From a virus (lineage: Duplodnaviria > Caudoviricetes), in the IMG/VR virus record IMGVR_UViG_3300020187_001966: DNA of 64,000 bases, one strand, 5' to 3'. The translations under genes were made by a program, and so were the position numbers. This document shows, in pieces, positions 47,563 through 57,529 of this stretch (its first letter is position 1; every line of letters begins with the position of its first letter). Below the pieces are notes generated by a model that saw only the letters and a list, made by a program, of their open reading frames with translations, was not told the origin of the DNA and made no database searches.

Positions 47563-48965
47563 TAAAGTGTTTCCCTTTTAAATATATCTTTCATTTCTGG
47601 GAATGTATCAGTAAAACTATTATTACGTTGTCTATCACATAAACTTAAATATTCTTTTAGTTCAGGTAAACGAACACTCCAGTCTTCGCTTTCCATAAAC
47701 GTTAACATTCCTTGTAATCTTTTAATACCATAATCAGCATTACGCCATTCATCATATGTTACTTTATCTTTGTGCCAAGCTGGTATACATTTCTCCCAGT
47801 TCGCTTCCCACCAGGGATAAAACTCTTCGTATTTTTTACGACACTCAGCTTTAAACCAGTCTGGTAATACTTTAACGTTTAAGTGTCCTGGATGATAAAC
47901 AAAGTGATAGTTAATACCACCAGCACCAAACGGCCACATATTAATTTTATTAAAGTTTTGTTCTAGTTTCCATTTAATAAAGTCCGGCAAGTAGTATACA
48001 TTAAGAGCTTGTACAGCACAAGCAACAGTTATCTCTACATTGTTGGATGTTTGTGTATCTAATATATGGAATACTTCTTGTTGTCGTTTCCATTCACTAG
48101 GGTAACGTATATAATCATTCATAGCGTGTATGCTGTCTACCGAATAATGGAAACGCACCAGCTTGAATTCTCGCCATAGATCAAATAGATCCTCTCGCCA
48201 TTCAACTCCATTTGAGTTATAACGTAACTCAAGGTCTTTTGCGTAACCCATTTTAATTGCGTGTTCAAGTATCTCATAGTGTTCCTCAATGATTAAACTT
48301 TCGCCGCCAGCAAAATATATCTGTTGCATTGTAGGCATTTGTTCATAAAACTGTTGCCAGAATATATCGTTTTGTTTGTGCCAGTTGTAACTGCTTCCGT
48401 TAGTACTACCCTTGTCCTGCCACTGCATTGTTTCTTTGAGAGATTCATTTTTTACTTCAGGAAAGATCTTTTTATAATCTTTAATCCAACCACTGCTGTC
48501 ATGTGGTGAACACATTACACATGCCAACTGACACTTGGTTCCAAAGCGTAAATCAATATATGCCAAGTTGGGTGGCACTTCGCCGTCGGCTTCTGTATTG
48601 GCAATAAGGTTGTCAACATCAACACGCTGGCTCCAGTAAGCAGTCTCCCACTGTCGTTTACTACGGTGTCCTGCGGCTTCTTCTTTAAAACATTTAGTAC
48701 AACTAGCTGGTACTTCGCCATTAAGCATTTGTTTACGAACATTACGCATATACTTTGAATTCCATGCGCTCTGAAAATCTGTTACATTTAAGTTGTTGGG
48801 ACGGCCTAGGTCGTCTTTAAGTACGCCTACCATGCCTCCCCATTCACTTTTATCGTTTGTAGGGCCTACACTACTAGCATTAGCTGTACAGCATACTCGC
48901 ATACTACCGTCTGGTCTTGTACTAAGGTGTACCCAAGGTAAAATACAAAATGTGTCACTCTTCAT
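47562..48965 (-). CDS. Radical SAM enzyme with N-terminal twitch-like domain
   Basis: CILPW..RVCC, CTKC, CQLACVMC, AGGE. Confidence 0.9.
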   Translation of the reverse strand: MKSDTFCILPWVHLSTRPDGSMRVCCTANASSVGPTNDKSEWGGMVGVLKDDLGRPNNLNVTDFQSAWNSKYMRNVRKQMLNGEVPASCTKCFKEEAAGHRSKRQWETAYWSQRVDVDNLIANTEADGEVPPNLAYIDLRFGTKCQLACVMCSPHDSSGWIKDYKKIFPEVKNESLKETMQWQDKGSTNGSSYNWHKQNDIFWQQFYEQMPTMQQIYFAGGESLIIEEHYEILEHAIKMGYAKDLELRYNSNGVEWREDLFDLWREFKLVRFHYSVDSIHAMNDYIRYPSEWKRQQEVFHILDTQTSNNVEITVACAVQALNVYYLPDFIKWKLEQNFNKINMWPFGAGGINYHFVYHPGHLNVKVLPDWFKAECRKKYEEFYPWWEANWEKCIPAWHKDKVTYDEWRNADYGIKRLQGMLTFMESEDWSVRLPELKEYLSLCDRQRNNSFTDTFPEMKDIFKRETL

Positions 48966-49776
48966 GTTTAATATCCAAATTCATATAATTTTTATGTGCC
49001 CAATCTCTCTCTAAACACCACCAACACTCGCCACATACCTTTGTAAAGTTTTCAGTTTCAACTGGACCACCTTCACAACTACGAGTCATGTCTAACATAT
49101 CGTCAAGTACACCTTCTTGATCCGCTACCCAAAATACAATTCTTTTATCAGCGTTGCGCCAACACTGGTACTCATTAAAGTCAAACGAAAATTTACCAAC
49201 CTGGCGGCTGCCTTCAAAATAAACAGTAGCTATATCTGGATCGTTTTGCTCTGGGTGTAATTTATCACGATGCTGTTCTTCACTGTCAGGAATACATCCT
49301 GGTGGTGGGTTACGTGTAACACCATTATATGTAGTTATGCTATTATTAAAGTTGTCATTGGAAATAGTAAACGTGTGTTTTTTATGACGCCATACTATAT
49401 ATCTCATGGCTGTGTCTTGTGCTTTTGTGTATGAACTAATATTAGCACCATTTACATTTTCAGCAACCCAATGATAGTTTGCTACTTCTATTACACTATC
49501 TTTTATTGTAACCCTTGGAAACTTTTCTCTTACATATTTTACAATACGTCTAACATAAGGAATAATATGCACCCTGTCATATTCTTTATTAGTAGTAGGG
49601 TTCCCTCGTTGAACAGTGTATGGATAGATAACAGCATCCGAAAATTTGTCATTGAGTGTTTTTGCTAAACAGTATAGTAATACGGCGCTATCAAATCCGC
49701 CACTAAGCGCAATTATATTTTGTTTAGAGTCTGTGTTAATATACCCATCTCCATAAGGTGTTTTATATGTCTTCAT
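48955..49776 (-). CDS. QueC-like PP-loop ATPase #4
   Basis: LSGGFDS and RSCE..CGECWWCLER. Confidence 0.7.
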   Translation of the reverse strand: MKTYKTPYGDGYINTDSKQNIIALSGGFDSAVLLYCLAKTLNDKFSDAVIYPYTVQRGNPTTNKEYDRVHIIPYVRRIVKYVREKFPRVTIKDSVIEVANYHWVAENVNGANISSYTKAQDTAMRYIVWRHKKHTFTISNDNFNNSITTYNGVTRNPPPGCIPDSEEQHRDKLHPEQNDPDIATVYFEGSRQVGKFSFDFNEYQCWRNADKRIVFWVADQEGVLDDMLDMTRSCEGGPVETENFTKVCGECWWCLERDWAHKNYMNLDIKHEE

Positions 49777-50855
49777 TTAAATTGCTCCGCAAATGGGTCA
49801 AACTCTGTTCCACATTTTTGTGCACAGACTCCTAGTTTACCTTCTGTAATACTTTGTTTACTCCAACTATCAGTAATACTTTCCAATATTCCGCTGTTGA
49901 ATACTGTTTCAAGTTCAATGTTAATAGCGTCTATTTTGTCTTTGCCGCCAGCCATATCAATATGATCCCATATTTGTTCTACACGGTAATCTTTGTGCCA
50001 CCACTTGTACATACGTCCAGCAGTCCAACAGCAAGGCATTAATAAACCTTCTGCTGTAATAAAGATTTCTTTTTTCTCTACGGCTTTACATCGTATACTA
50101 CAAGTATTATAATATTCAGTCATACTTCCGTATGTTTTTTCAATCTCTTTTTGTTTTAGCAGTGCTAAGTTTTGGTTATCTAACTTTTGTGGCTTTTGTA
50201 GTAGTTGTGTTTCTTGACCTTTACGATTTTGTGCTTGGTGCTTGTCTTTACCTTTGTTACTTGCTGTAAAGAATCTACCGCTTTTCTTACGCTGAAACTT
50301 TTCACATCCCCATTCAGCGGCAAGTGCTTCAGCTTCCGCTACTTGATGCTCGTTGTGTCCGAAGATGATAAAATCCCATCTTGCTCTACCACCGGCTGCA
50401 ATAAAAGCCCGCATGTTTCGTTCCACTTTGTCCCACACCACGTTCTGTCTATAAAGATGATTAGTATCATCAAGGCCATCCACACTAAAAATAACAGCGC
50501 CATGACGACCAATCGTTCCCGCCAGTCCAGTCCACCATTCTTCATTCTTTGCTCCACCATTTGTATTCATACTTAGCCACATTGTGGAGTTGTGTTCACG
50601 GAAGTAACGGAATATTTCTAGGGTGTCACGAGCAACAATAGGATCTCCCAAGTTGCCGCACATGTACATTGTTTTTAATTGACGAATGAATTCAGGCTTA
50701 AAGATACGTTTACAGTCTGCTAAACTTAATTCAGCATTATTAATATGTCTATTGTCGACACCGCCGTTTTCATTACGATCACACATAGGACATGCCGCTT
50801 GGCAGCGTTGTGTAACTTCAAGGTGTACCATTTCTATTTCACTGTAATTATACAT
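49773..50855 (-). CDS. Radical SAM enzyme with C-terminal SPASM/twitch-like domain
   Basis: CQAACPMC, CGNLGDP, FSVDG, RC..LMPCCW..CAQKC; start moved from 50891. Confidence 0.9.
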   Translation of the reverse strand: MYNYSEIEMVHLEVTQRCQAACPMCDRNENGGVDNRHINNAELSLADCKRIFKPEFIRQLKTMYMCGNLGDPIVARDTLEIFRYFREHNSTMWLSMNTNGGAKNEEWWTGLAGTIGRHGAVIFSVDGLDDTNHLYRQNVVWDKVERNMRAFIAAGGRARWDFIIFGHNEHQVAEAEALAAEWGCEKFQRKKSGRFFTASNKGKDKHQAQNRKGQETQLLQKPQKLDNQNLALLKQKEIEKTYGSMTEYYNTCSIRCKAVEKKEIFITAEGLLMPCCWTAGRMYKWWHKDYRVEQIWDHIDMAGGKDKIDAINIELETVFNSGILESITDSWSKQSITEGKLGVCAQKCGTEFDPFAEQFK

Positions 50856-51765
50856 TAATTTCCCATTTAGGTATTGATACATCGGCTCCACAACTACAGT
50901 GTTGTCTAGTACATGATATTGGAGCAGTAGGCAACACTACATTATTAATATCATTAACATTACCGTATGGTTCTGTAATATAACATGTTGATCCGTATAT
51001 ATCTCCGTTTGGATTTATACACAATCTATCTATACCAACATTACATTTCCAATTAAGGAATTGATCTTGTTTAGTATTAATTAAATCTTGTGCTGAAATT
51101 TTATCTCCATTGTATAAAACTGTTGATGTATCAATTGTTTTTACTTTATTATACTTAGTACGATTGATTCTTTGTACAGAAAAATCATGGTGTTCAGGCG
51201 TGTACCCGTCAACCAATCCAGTACCATCATGATGTTTTATAAGTTTAGTTGCTACATCTATTTGTAAATCTGATTGTTCTAGTCTATCATAAAACTCTCG
51301 CATTTCAGTTAACCTATTGGGCGGCATCATTAAGAATATTTTTGTATTATAACGCAAATGAAGTGATTTTGCAATCTGATAAAAATGTTCTGTGTCAGCA
51401 TATTCAGTATGAAAGCTAAAAGCCATTTCATCGATCGGGGCGCTAAATCTGTCCCAATATCTTACACTCCTGGATCCGTTTGATGTAAATTGAATACTAG
51501 TTTTGTTTTTATGACTATCAACTAAATCTGTACAGAACGTTTCGAATTCAGGCCACAGTGTAGGCTCTCCGCCAGTAATATCTACTATTAGTGGGTCACC
51601 TTTTCTAAATCTATTAATCATGTCTATTACTGGGTAATAGTTTTCAGGCCATCTATTTTTATTATCGTGTAGGTTTGGCGCACAGTATGTACAATTGTAA
51701 TTACACACAGTAGTAGCAACCCAAACTAATTTTTTCCAAGGTTCACTTAGTGATATTCTACTCAT
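50848..51765 (-). CDS. Radical SAM enzyme with C-terminal SPASM/twitch-like domain
   Basis: CNYNCTYC, TGGEPT, WKCNVG..TC..C..C.C. Confidence 0.88.
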   Translation of the reverse strand: MSRISLSEPWKKLVWVATTVCNYNCTYCAPNLHDNKNRWPENYYPVIDMINRFRKGDPLIVDITGGEPTLWPEFETFCTDLVDSHKNKTSIQFTSNGSRSVRYWDRFSAPIDEMAFSFHTEYADTEHFYQIAKSLHLRYNTKIFLMMPPNRLTEMREFYDRLEQSDLQIDVATKLIKHHDGTGLVDGYTPEHHDFSVQRINRTKYNKVKTIDTSTVLYNGDKISAQDLINTKQDQFLNWKCNVGIDRLCINPNGDIYGSTCYITEPYGNVNDINNVVLPTAPISCTRQHCSCGADVSIPKWEINV

Positions 51766-51985
51766 TATCCAGCACTAACTTTATGTCTTTACCAGGACCA
51801 TACTTGCTGGGCAAGTCGCCATATTCTTCTACGTACCATTCAATTACAGCACAATACCATTTTTGACTGTCGTGGTGTGCCAATTTGTTAAACTTGTAAA
51901 TGTTGTTATTAGTTGCTGACATTGTACTTAGAGCTCTAGCACTTTCAGTTTGTAACTGTCGCAATGTTAAATCATTTATATCCAA
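51758..51985 (-). CDS. Small hypothetical protein
   Basis: 75-aa ORF overlapping both neighbours. Confidence 0.65.
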   Translation of the reverse strand: MDINDLTLRQLQTESARALSTMSATNNNIYKFNKLAHHDSQKWYCAVIEWYVEEYGDLPSKYGPGKDIKLVLDNE

Positions 51986-53042
51986 TTAACATAAACCTTT
52001 TGTATTTGGGCAGGTCTAAATTGCCTGCGTATAACGTATTTGACATAGGTGACATATTACTAAACTCAGTAATGTCTTTAACACAGTTAACATGCTCCAG
52101 GACATCAAAAAAGTTATTACTTTGTAGTATTACTAGTTTACCATCTGGTATCTTGGCATACCATTCAGCAAAGTTTTCTATATGCTCACAACTTGTGTTT
52201 ATAATTGTATCAGGATTATCTGCTATAGGTCGACTCATTCGATTATTAGCATTGCTCCAGAACTGCCATGTGTGTTCGTTATAATCTATGTCCATTATAT
52301 CTTGTGTAATACTTTTGAATCGCCATTGTTCCATAAACCACGGCTTGTTGAATGTTTCAGCAATGTCTACACAAGTAGGATCAATATCAAAACTTCTAAC
52401 TTTATCTACTTTAATGTCACTTTCAAATAACATTGTAGCAAGGGTAGCATACCATCCGGCGCACAAGAATACTGTGCCTAGTTCTACATCAAGTTTTCCT
52501 AGTTCAGTTACTAACCATTGTTTGCTTTGTAGTTGTCCTCTACTAAAACAGTCAGTGTCAATAACTGTATTGTTTATAAAGAAACTTTTAAACGCACTAG
52601 TAAATTGTGTATCTACATAACTGTTGAGGATAGGCCATAATTTATATATATTATCTTCTGTAATTAGTTTGCGTAAGTCTTCGTTGTCCACTAACTTAAA
52701 AATACTTCGAATATTTTTGTTTACTATAGCAGTTCTATATAGCTGTATTGTTTCGTCTTCTTCTGAAAACAATCTAAACAAACTGTATAAATTGTTTTCA
52801 ACAATAGCTCGCCTTAAATCGTCACTATGTCCGCTTACATCCCATTCACTAGCTATTCTAAAGATACTGTGTAAATTTTCTTCTAATACTGCGCTGCGTA
52901 AGTCACTGTCTATATCGTCACATAATCTAAAAATACTGCTTAAATCTTGATCAATAACCGCACGTCTTAGATCAGCAAGCTCATCTATTTGTGGATACAG
53001 TATTTCGTATCTGTCTAATATTTCGTGTAATTCTAAACTCAT
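51972..53042 (-). CDS. Helical-repeat N-terminus fused to a class I methyltransferase-like domain
   Basis: Five repeats, then FLCAGWYATL, RSFDID, INTSCEH. Confidence 0.6.
   Translation of the reverse strand: MSLELHEILDRYEILYPQIDELADLRRAVIDQDLSSIFRLCDDIDSDLRSAVLEENLHSIFRIASEWDVSGHSDDLRRAIVENNLYSLFRLFSEEDETIQLYRTAIVNKNIRSIFKLVDNEDLRKLITEDNIYKLWPILNSYVDTQFTSAFKSFFINNTVIDTDCFSRGQLQSKQWLVTELGKLDVELGTVFLCAGWYATLATMLFESDIKVDKVRSFDIDPTCVDIAETFNKPWFMEQWRFKSITQDIMDIDYNEHTWQFWSNANNRMSRPIADNPDTIINTSCEHIENFAEWYAKIPDGKLVILQSNNFFDVLEHVNCVKDITEFSNMSPMSNTLYAGNLDLPKYKRFMLIGYK
52635..52973 (-). repeat. Five tandem 22-28-aa protein repeats, consensus DLRxA(I/V)xxxNLxSIFR(L/I)
   Basis: Visible in the translation of 51972..53042, residues about 24-136. 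Confidence 0.75.
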
Positions 53043-53752
53043 TATGTTTTTGTTGCATCGTCAAACATAGTATGTAGCCATGTAAAATCATTAATTTTGT
53101 TTAATACATTAATATTTTTAGCATAGTGTGTGCCAAACTCTCGACCCTGATTGGCTCCCATCATACAGTATTCACCATATGGTCGAGATTTGCCACGAGT
53201 ACACCAAATATCTAAACGATATTCGTTATCAATGTTATCGCCATATTCAATAATACTACTAGATAGTTTTGTACATTCTCTAAAGGCGCTTTTCCAAGCA
53301 TCAAATGGGCTAGTATTAAAGGCAGTAATATTACTAATCTGAAACTTTGGTACAAAAGTACAACCAATACTAGTAGTCATATCTACTCGCCAGTCTTTGG
53401 CATCAAGTAGTGCTTTACGTGGAAACAACTTTGCTCCGCCATATCCATATACTAAATCATTAACTGGGTTACGGCTACGCCACACATAAACACACTCTGT
53501 TTGTGGTATGGAATCGTATTCTAATTTATTTGCCATTGGCTTAAAGCGAAAACTAAACTCTTCTTCAATTACAGCATCAGCATCAATCACATAAAAGTGA
53601 CTAGTTTCACTAAGTTCAGCCGCAGCTTTATGAGCATTGAATATACCCTTTACTCCTTGTACACGTTTAGCATGTGGTGCGTGGTGTTGTAGGATCTCAA
53701 AGTTTTCATCAGCATCAGCTTCATTATAGCTGATTTGTATTACGTCTAGCAA
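53042..53752 (-). CDS. GT-A-like glycosyltransferase
   Basis: FYVIDADA (DxD), VYGYGGAKLF; TTG start with CAGGAG RBS. Confidence 0.55.
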   Translation of the reverse strand: MLDVIQISYNEADADENFEILQHHAPHAKRVQGVKGIFNAHKAAAELSETSHFYVIDADAVIEEEFSFRFKPMANKLEYDSIPQTECVYVWRSRNPVNDLVYGYGGAKLFPRKALLDAKDWRVDMTTSIGCTFVPKFQISNITAFNTSPFDAWKSAFRECTKLSSSIIEYGDNIDNEYRLDIWCTRGKSRPYGEYCMMGANQGREFGTHYAKNINVLNKINDFTWLHTMFDDATKT

Positions 53753-53780
53753 TCGGTATTCTCCTGTGGTGTTCTGTATA

Positions 53781-53809
53781 ATAATATACGATTATATACG
53801 ATTTGTCAA
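53781..53809 (-). promoter_or_regulatory. sigma70-type promoter inside the - strand array
   Basis: TTGACA-17 nt-TATTAT upstream of 53752. Confidence 0.75.
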
Positions 53810-53812
53810 TAG

Positions 53813-53902
53813 TTATTCGTATATAAAAGGATCACGTTTACGTAATTCTTCTAATCGTTTTTTTATCTTCTTTTTTTGTTGATAACGATCCCATGGATAC
53901 AT
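53813..53902 (-). CDS. 29-aa basic peptide MYPWDRYQQKKKIKKRLEELRKRDPFIYE
   Basis: TAATG-coupled to the carbamoyltransferase stop; below the ORF-track cutoff. Confidence 0.6.
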   Translation of the reverse strand: MYPWDRYQQKKKIKKRLEELRKRDPFIYE

Positions 53903-55413
53903 TATAAAATTTCTAATTCTGGTAAGCATACCTTTACTCCATATTGTTGTTCCCAACGTAGCGCATCTTGTTTAGTATTTACTAGGGGTTCGCCTTTGAT
54001 GTTTAAACTTGTGTTAAGCAACATAGGACAACCTGTTTTCATTGCCCAACTCTTTAGTAAGGTATAAATCCAGCCATTTGACTCATCCACTGTTTGTACT
54101 CTTGATGTATCATCATAATGTACAATAGCAGGAAATAAATGTGGTTGACGACATTTAAGTGTGTACTGCATAAATGGTGACTCAGTAAAGTTTTTGGGTA
54201 ACTCAAAGTAATCTGACAAATGCTCTTTTAATATCATAGGAGCAAATGGTCTAAATGCTTCACGATGCTTGATTGTATTAACACGGTCCTTTACATCTAC
54301 TCCCCTAGGATCAGCAAAAATGCTTCTGTTTCCGAGAGACCTTGGGCCAAATTCACTTCTACCGCTGGCAACGGCGCAGATTTTTTTGTTTGTAAGCTCG
54401 TTAATAATAGCTTTGACGGGGTATTCTCCGTCGATGTCGTGTCCGGTGTAGGCATGTGTAAACTCCATAAATTGTTTCTTGTGTGCTAGTACACATCCTA
54501 TTGCGCTACCAGCATCACCAGGATTAGGCATAATCCATACGCTATCAAAATATTTATAAGCAATGGGATTAGCTACACAATTGAGCGCACAGCCTCCCAT
54601 TAGTACTAAATTTTTACACTTAGTTTTGTTGGCTGTTATTAAACAATATGCTTCAAATATTTCTTCGTATATACGTTGGGTGGCCGCAGCGATATCAGCA
54701 TAGTCTTGTACACTATTCAAGTCAGTACGCCAATCTTGACATCCTCTGTGACAGTTACGCTTGAATATAATACGTGGATCTTTTAAACTAGGCATCTGTT
54801 TGATAAAGTCATGTTTAATAAGATCATAATACTTGCTGGAATCGCCTATAGCAGCCATGCCCATGAGGATGTATTCGTGTTCCTGTGGCTTTAGTCCTAT
54901 ACGCTGTGTCATAGCACTGTACCATATACCCACACTGTGTGGATAGTTCTGGCTCCAACGCTTACGTAGTTTACCACCAGTGCCTTGCCATATACTGATA
55001 GTATTCCATTCTCCGATACTATCTAATACAAGTATAGCACTGTCTTTCTCACCTGGATTGGTGTAATAACCTGCGGCTGCATGACTTAAATGATGACTAA
55101 CTGTAGTGCTTCTAGGGGCATCTGGCAAGTATCTGCGCATATATCTAGTAGGTGATTCCTTGCCAAGTAGTGTGTATTGCTTTGCGTATAACTGTCGTGT
55201 TTTTTTAAGTAACGGACGTTCATAGTAGTATATACGGTCTGGTTTACCAAACTCTAGTGCTTCAGCGATTAAATCAGGATGTAAGTTTTTGTCGTTTTTA
55301 ATGCGACTATAGCGTTCACTATGACTGGCGAACTCTAATCCAGTTTTACTAAACACTGCTAAACTAGCATCATGTGCTTGTCCTGTCCATCCCCAAGTTA
55401 TATTATTTTTCAT
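53902..55413 (-). CDS. Carbamoyltransferase (CmcH/NodU/TobZ family)
   Basis: HDASLA, SERYSR, HHLSHAA, DSIGE, MGGCALNC, DAGSAIG, EFGPRSLGNRS, FRPFAP, LNTSLN; start moved from 55473. Confidence 0.95.
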   Translation of the reverse strand: MKNNITWGWTGQAHDASLAVFSKTGLEFASHSERYSRIKNDKNLHPDLIAEALEFGKPDRIYYYERPLLKKTRQLYAKQYTLLGKESPTRYMRRYLPDAPRSTTVSHHLSHAAAGYYTNPGEKDSAILVLDSIGEWNTISIWQGTGGKLRKRWSQNYPHSVGIWYSAMTQRIGLKPQEHEYILMGMAAIGDSSKYYDLIKHDFIKQMPSLKDPRIIFKRNCHRGCQDWRTDLNSVQDYADIAAATQRIYEEIFEAYCLITANKTKCKNLVLMGGCALNCVANPIAYKYFDSVWIMPNPGDAGSAIGCVLAHKKQFMEFTHAYTGHDIDGEYPVKAIINELTNKKICAVASGRSEFGPRSLGNRSIFADPRGVDVKDRVNTIKHREAFRPFAPMILKEHLSDYFELPKNFTESPFMQYTLKCRQPHLFPAIVHYDDTSRVQTVDESNGWIYTLLKSWAMKTGCPMLLNTSLNIKGEPLVNTKQDALRWEQQYGVKVCLPELEIL

Positions 55414-57529
55414 TATGATTATTAACAAAATCGTAGAGATTAGTATCACAAAACGATATAGTATCACGTTCAAAACTTGCGTTATGATACTGTCCTAGTC
55501 CTGTGCGCATCTCTGTTTCTGCTTTCTCTGTATATTCATGTACCAAGTCAAAATTCATAATACCCTGGTCATTGACTGACGCATAGAATCTTGCATTATA
55601 GTTATTAGTCAAACTTGGTCCAAACTCTGCCATATCTCTTATTTTATCAAAATTTAAATCTATACTAAATGCTCCAAACACACTATATAATGCCCAAACA
55701 AATGCTATATACTCATGAGTTAAACCATATTTAATTCTTGTTGGAGTATCTACCATAGAGTCAATAAAATAGTCAAAGTCAGCATCCATTTGTTCTACAA
55801 ATTCATTAGGCGTATCATTTTCAAATTCTATACTATAAAAGTCTTTAATATTTTTATATGATTGTGTATTAATTACATATGAATTATGATCTTTCATAAG
55901 ATCTAGGAAAATTGCCATAAACTTAATACGCAATGAACGGTGTAATATAGTATTACGATAATCTTCAGTATACCATTCATCTTCAAAATAACTTTTATTA
56001 ACGTCGACTATCTGATATCTTTCGTATCCATTGGCTTCAATATCACTAAATTGTGCTATCCCACATCCAAATCCAGGACTTATAGCATATAAATCATTAC
56101 GTATATTCCATAAAAACTGCAAGCTCTGAGCAGCATGTATATTATGCTCACTAGGGAATCCAACAATCCAATTCCCATGACAATTTACACCAGCTAGTTT
56201 TGAATCTTTAAGGTTTGCTACCATTGATTCAATCTTTACATTTTTTTTCATACTATCTAATACTTTTTGGCTTCCGCTTTCTAAACCAAAACTCAAACTC
56301 ATACATCCGCTTTGTTTTAATTTGTGAAAGAAATCTAAATCCATACGGGCGTCACATCTAGCATAACTATTCCAGCGAATCCGCATACCACTTTCGATAA
56401 TGCCGTCAACTAGATCTTTAAACTCTTTCATATTACCGTTAACTAAACTGTCAACAAACCAGAAGCGCCGTGTACCATATTTGTTGTATTGATATTTCAT
56501 TTCTTCTACAACTCGGTTAGGTTCTCTCCAACGAAACTTCCAAAAATGTGTCTCACTACAAAACGTACATTTCGCAACGCATCCACGGCTAGTTTCTAGA
56601 CTTACTCCATCACTATAGTCATACCAACTGAGATCGTAATCATCATAGTCAGGAAATGGCAATTTGTTTAAGTCCAAGTTGCCTTTAAACCCACCATATA
56701 TTTGTGTTGTAGTGGATTTAGGTGTTGATCTATAATTTTCCATTATTGTAAGAAGTTCTTGTTCACCTTCGCCAGTAATAGCATAATCAAACAACAGAAT
56801 ATCTGTATTGTTTTGTTTGTTATACCAATTCTGTTCATGTGTTAATCTATTGTGGTCAAAGGCTCCAGGGCCGCCTACTACTACAGTAACATCTGGACAT
56901 TGTAGTTTAAGTTGGTGTACAAAATACATAGTAGGCTGTAGATTTGTCCAATATACACTTAACCCAACAATGTTGGGTCGACGTTTAGCAATAACTGCTA
57001 CGTGTCGATCAATTATTGGCTTTAAACTTTCGTGAATATGTTGCCAATATTGTTCTTCTACCCAGTATTCAGTTTTAGTACTATTCCACCAGTCTGGGTG
57101 TTCTTGATCTGGTGATGCAATTTTTTTCTGATTAAAATGTCTATACGAGTTGATATTAATGTCAGTGACACTGACTTGATAATCATACGATCTCAACAAC
57201 CCAGACAGTCTAGCAATATTGTAAGGAGGAAAAATTACTCCCCAACTTGGCAGTATTACTAGCTCAATACTGTCTTTAAATATAGTTTGTGTTTTACTTT
57301 TAAAATCACTATAATACGATGGTCGCCGTTCGCTATTATTATAAATTTCACTCCAGTACCCCACACGAGTACTTTTTGCGTCAATCCCACCTAAATGACT
57401 GCTGTCATGCTTAATAACATCACGAGCCATCATTTTCTTTAAAACCATATCTCGGTCAGCTGTAAAATCTTCATCATCGTCATGAATTACAACACCGCCG
57501 GTTGAGATTTTAATATCAGGTTCATTCAT
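55403..57529 (-). CDS. Large cobalamin-binding radical SAM enzyme (708 aa)
   Basis: VGLSVY, VVVGGP, GEGE B12-type domain; TSRGCVAKCTFC; FGLESGS. Confidence 0.85.
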   Translation of the reverse strand: MNEPDIKISTGGVVIHDDDEDFTADRDMVLKKMMARDVIKHDSSHLGGIDAKSTRVGYWSEIYNNSERRPSYYSDFKSKTQTIFKDSIELVILPSWGVIFPPYNIARLSGLLRSYDYQVSVTDININSYRHFNQKKIASPDQEHPDWWNSTKTEYWVEEQYWQHIHESLKPIIDRHVAVIAKRRPNIVGLSVYWTNLQPTMYFVHQLKLQCPDVTVVVGGPGAFDHNRLTHEQNWYNKQNNTDILLFDYAITGEGEQELLTIMENYRSTPKSTTTQIYGGFKGNLDLNKLPFPDYDDYDLSWYDYSDGVSLETSRGCVAKCTFCSETHFWKFRWREPNRVVEEMKYQYNKYGTRRFWFVDSLVNGNMKEFKDLVDGIIESGMRIRWNSYARCDARMDLDFFHKLKQSGCMSLSFGLESGSQKVLDSMKKNVKIESMVANLKDSKLAGVNCHGNWIVGFPSEHNIHAAQSLQFLWNIRNDLYAISPGFGCGIAQFSDIEANGYERYQIVDVNKSYFEDEWYTEDYRNTILHRSLRIKFMAIFLDLMKDHNSYVINTQSYKNIKDFYSIEFENDTPNEFVEQMDADFDYFIDSMVDTPTRIKYGLTHEYIAFVWALYSVFGAFSIDLNFDKIRDMAEFGPSLTNNYNARFYASVNDQGIMNFDLVHEYTEKAETEMRTGLGQYHNASFERDTISFCDTNLYDFVNNHNEK

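Noticed and set aside
24348-49776. Assigning the symbol queC to the four PP-loop genes
   Set aside because: Four divergent copies far from queE, with a shared WxC/FxC-xER tail, suggest a related family. Canonical activity is unproven.
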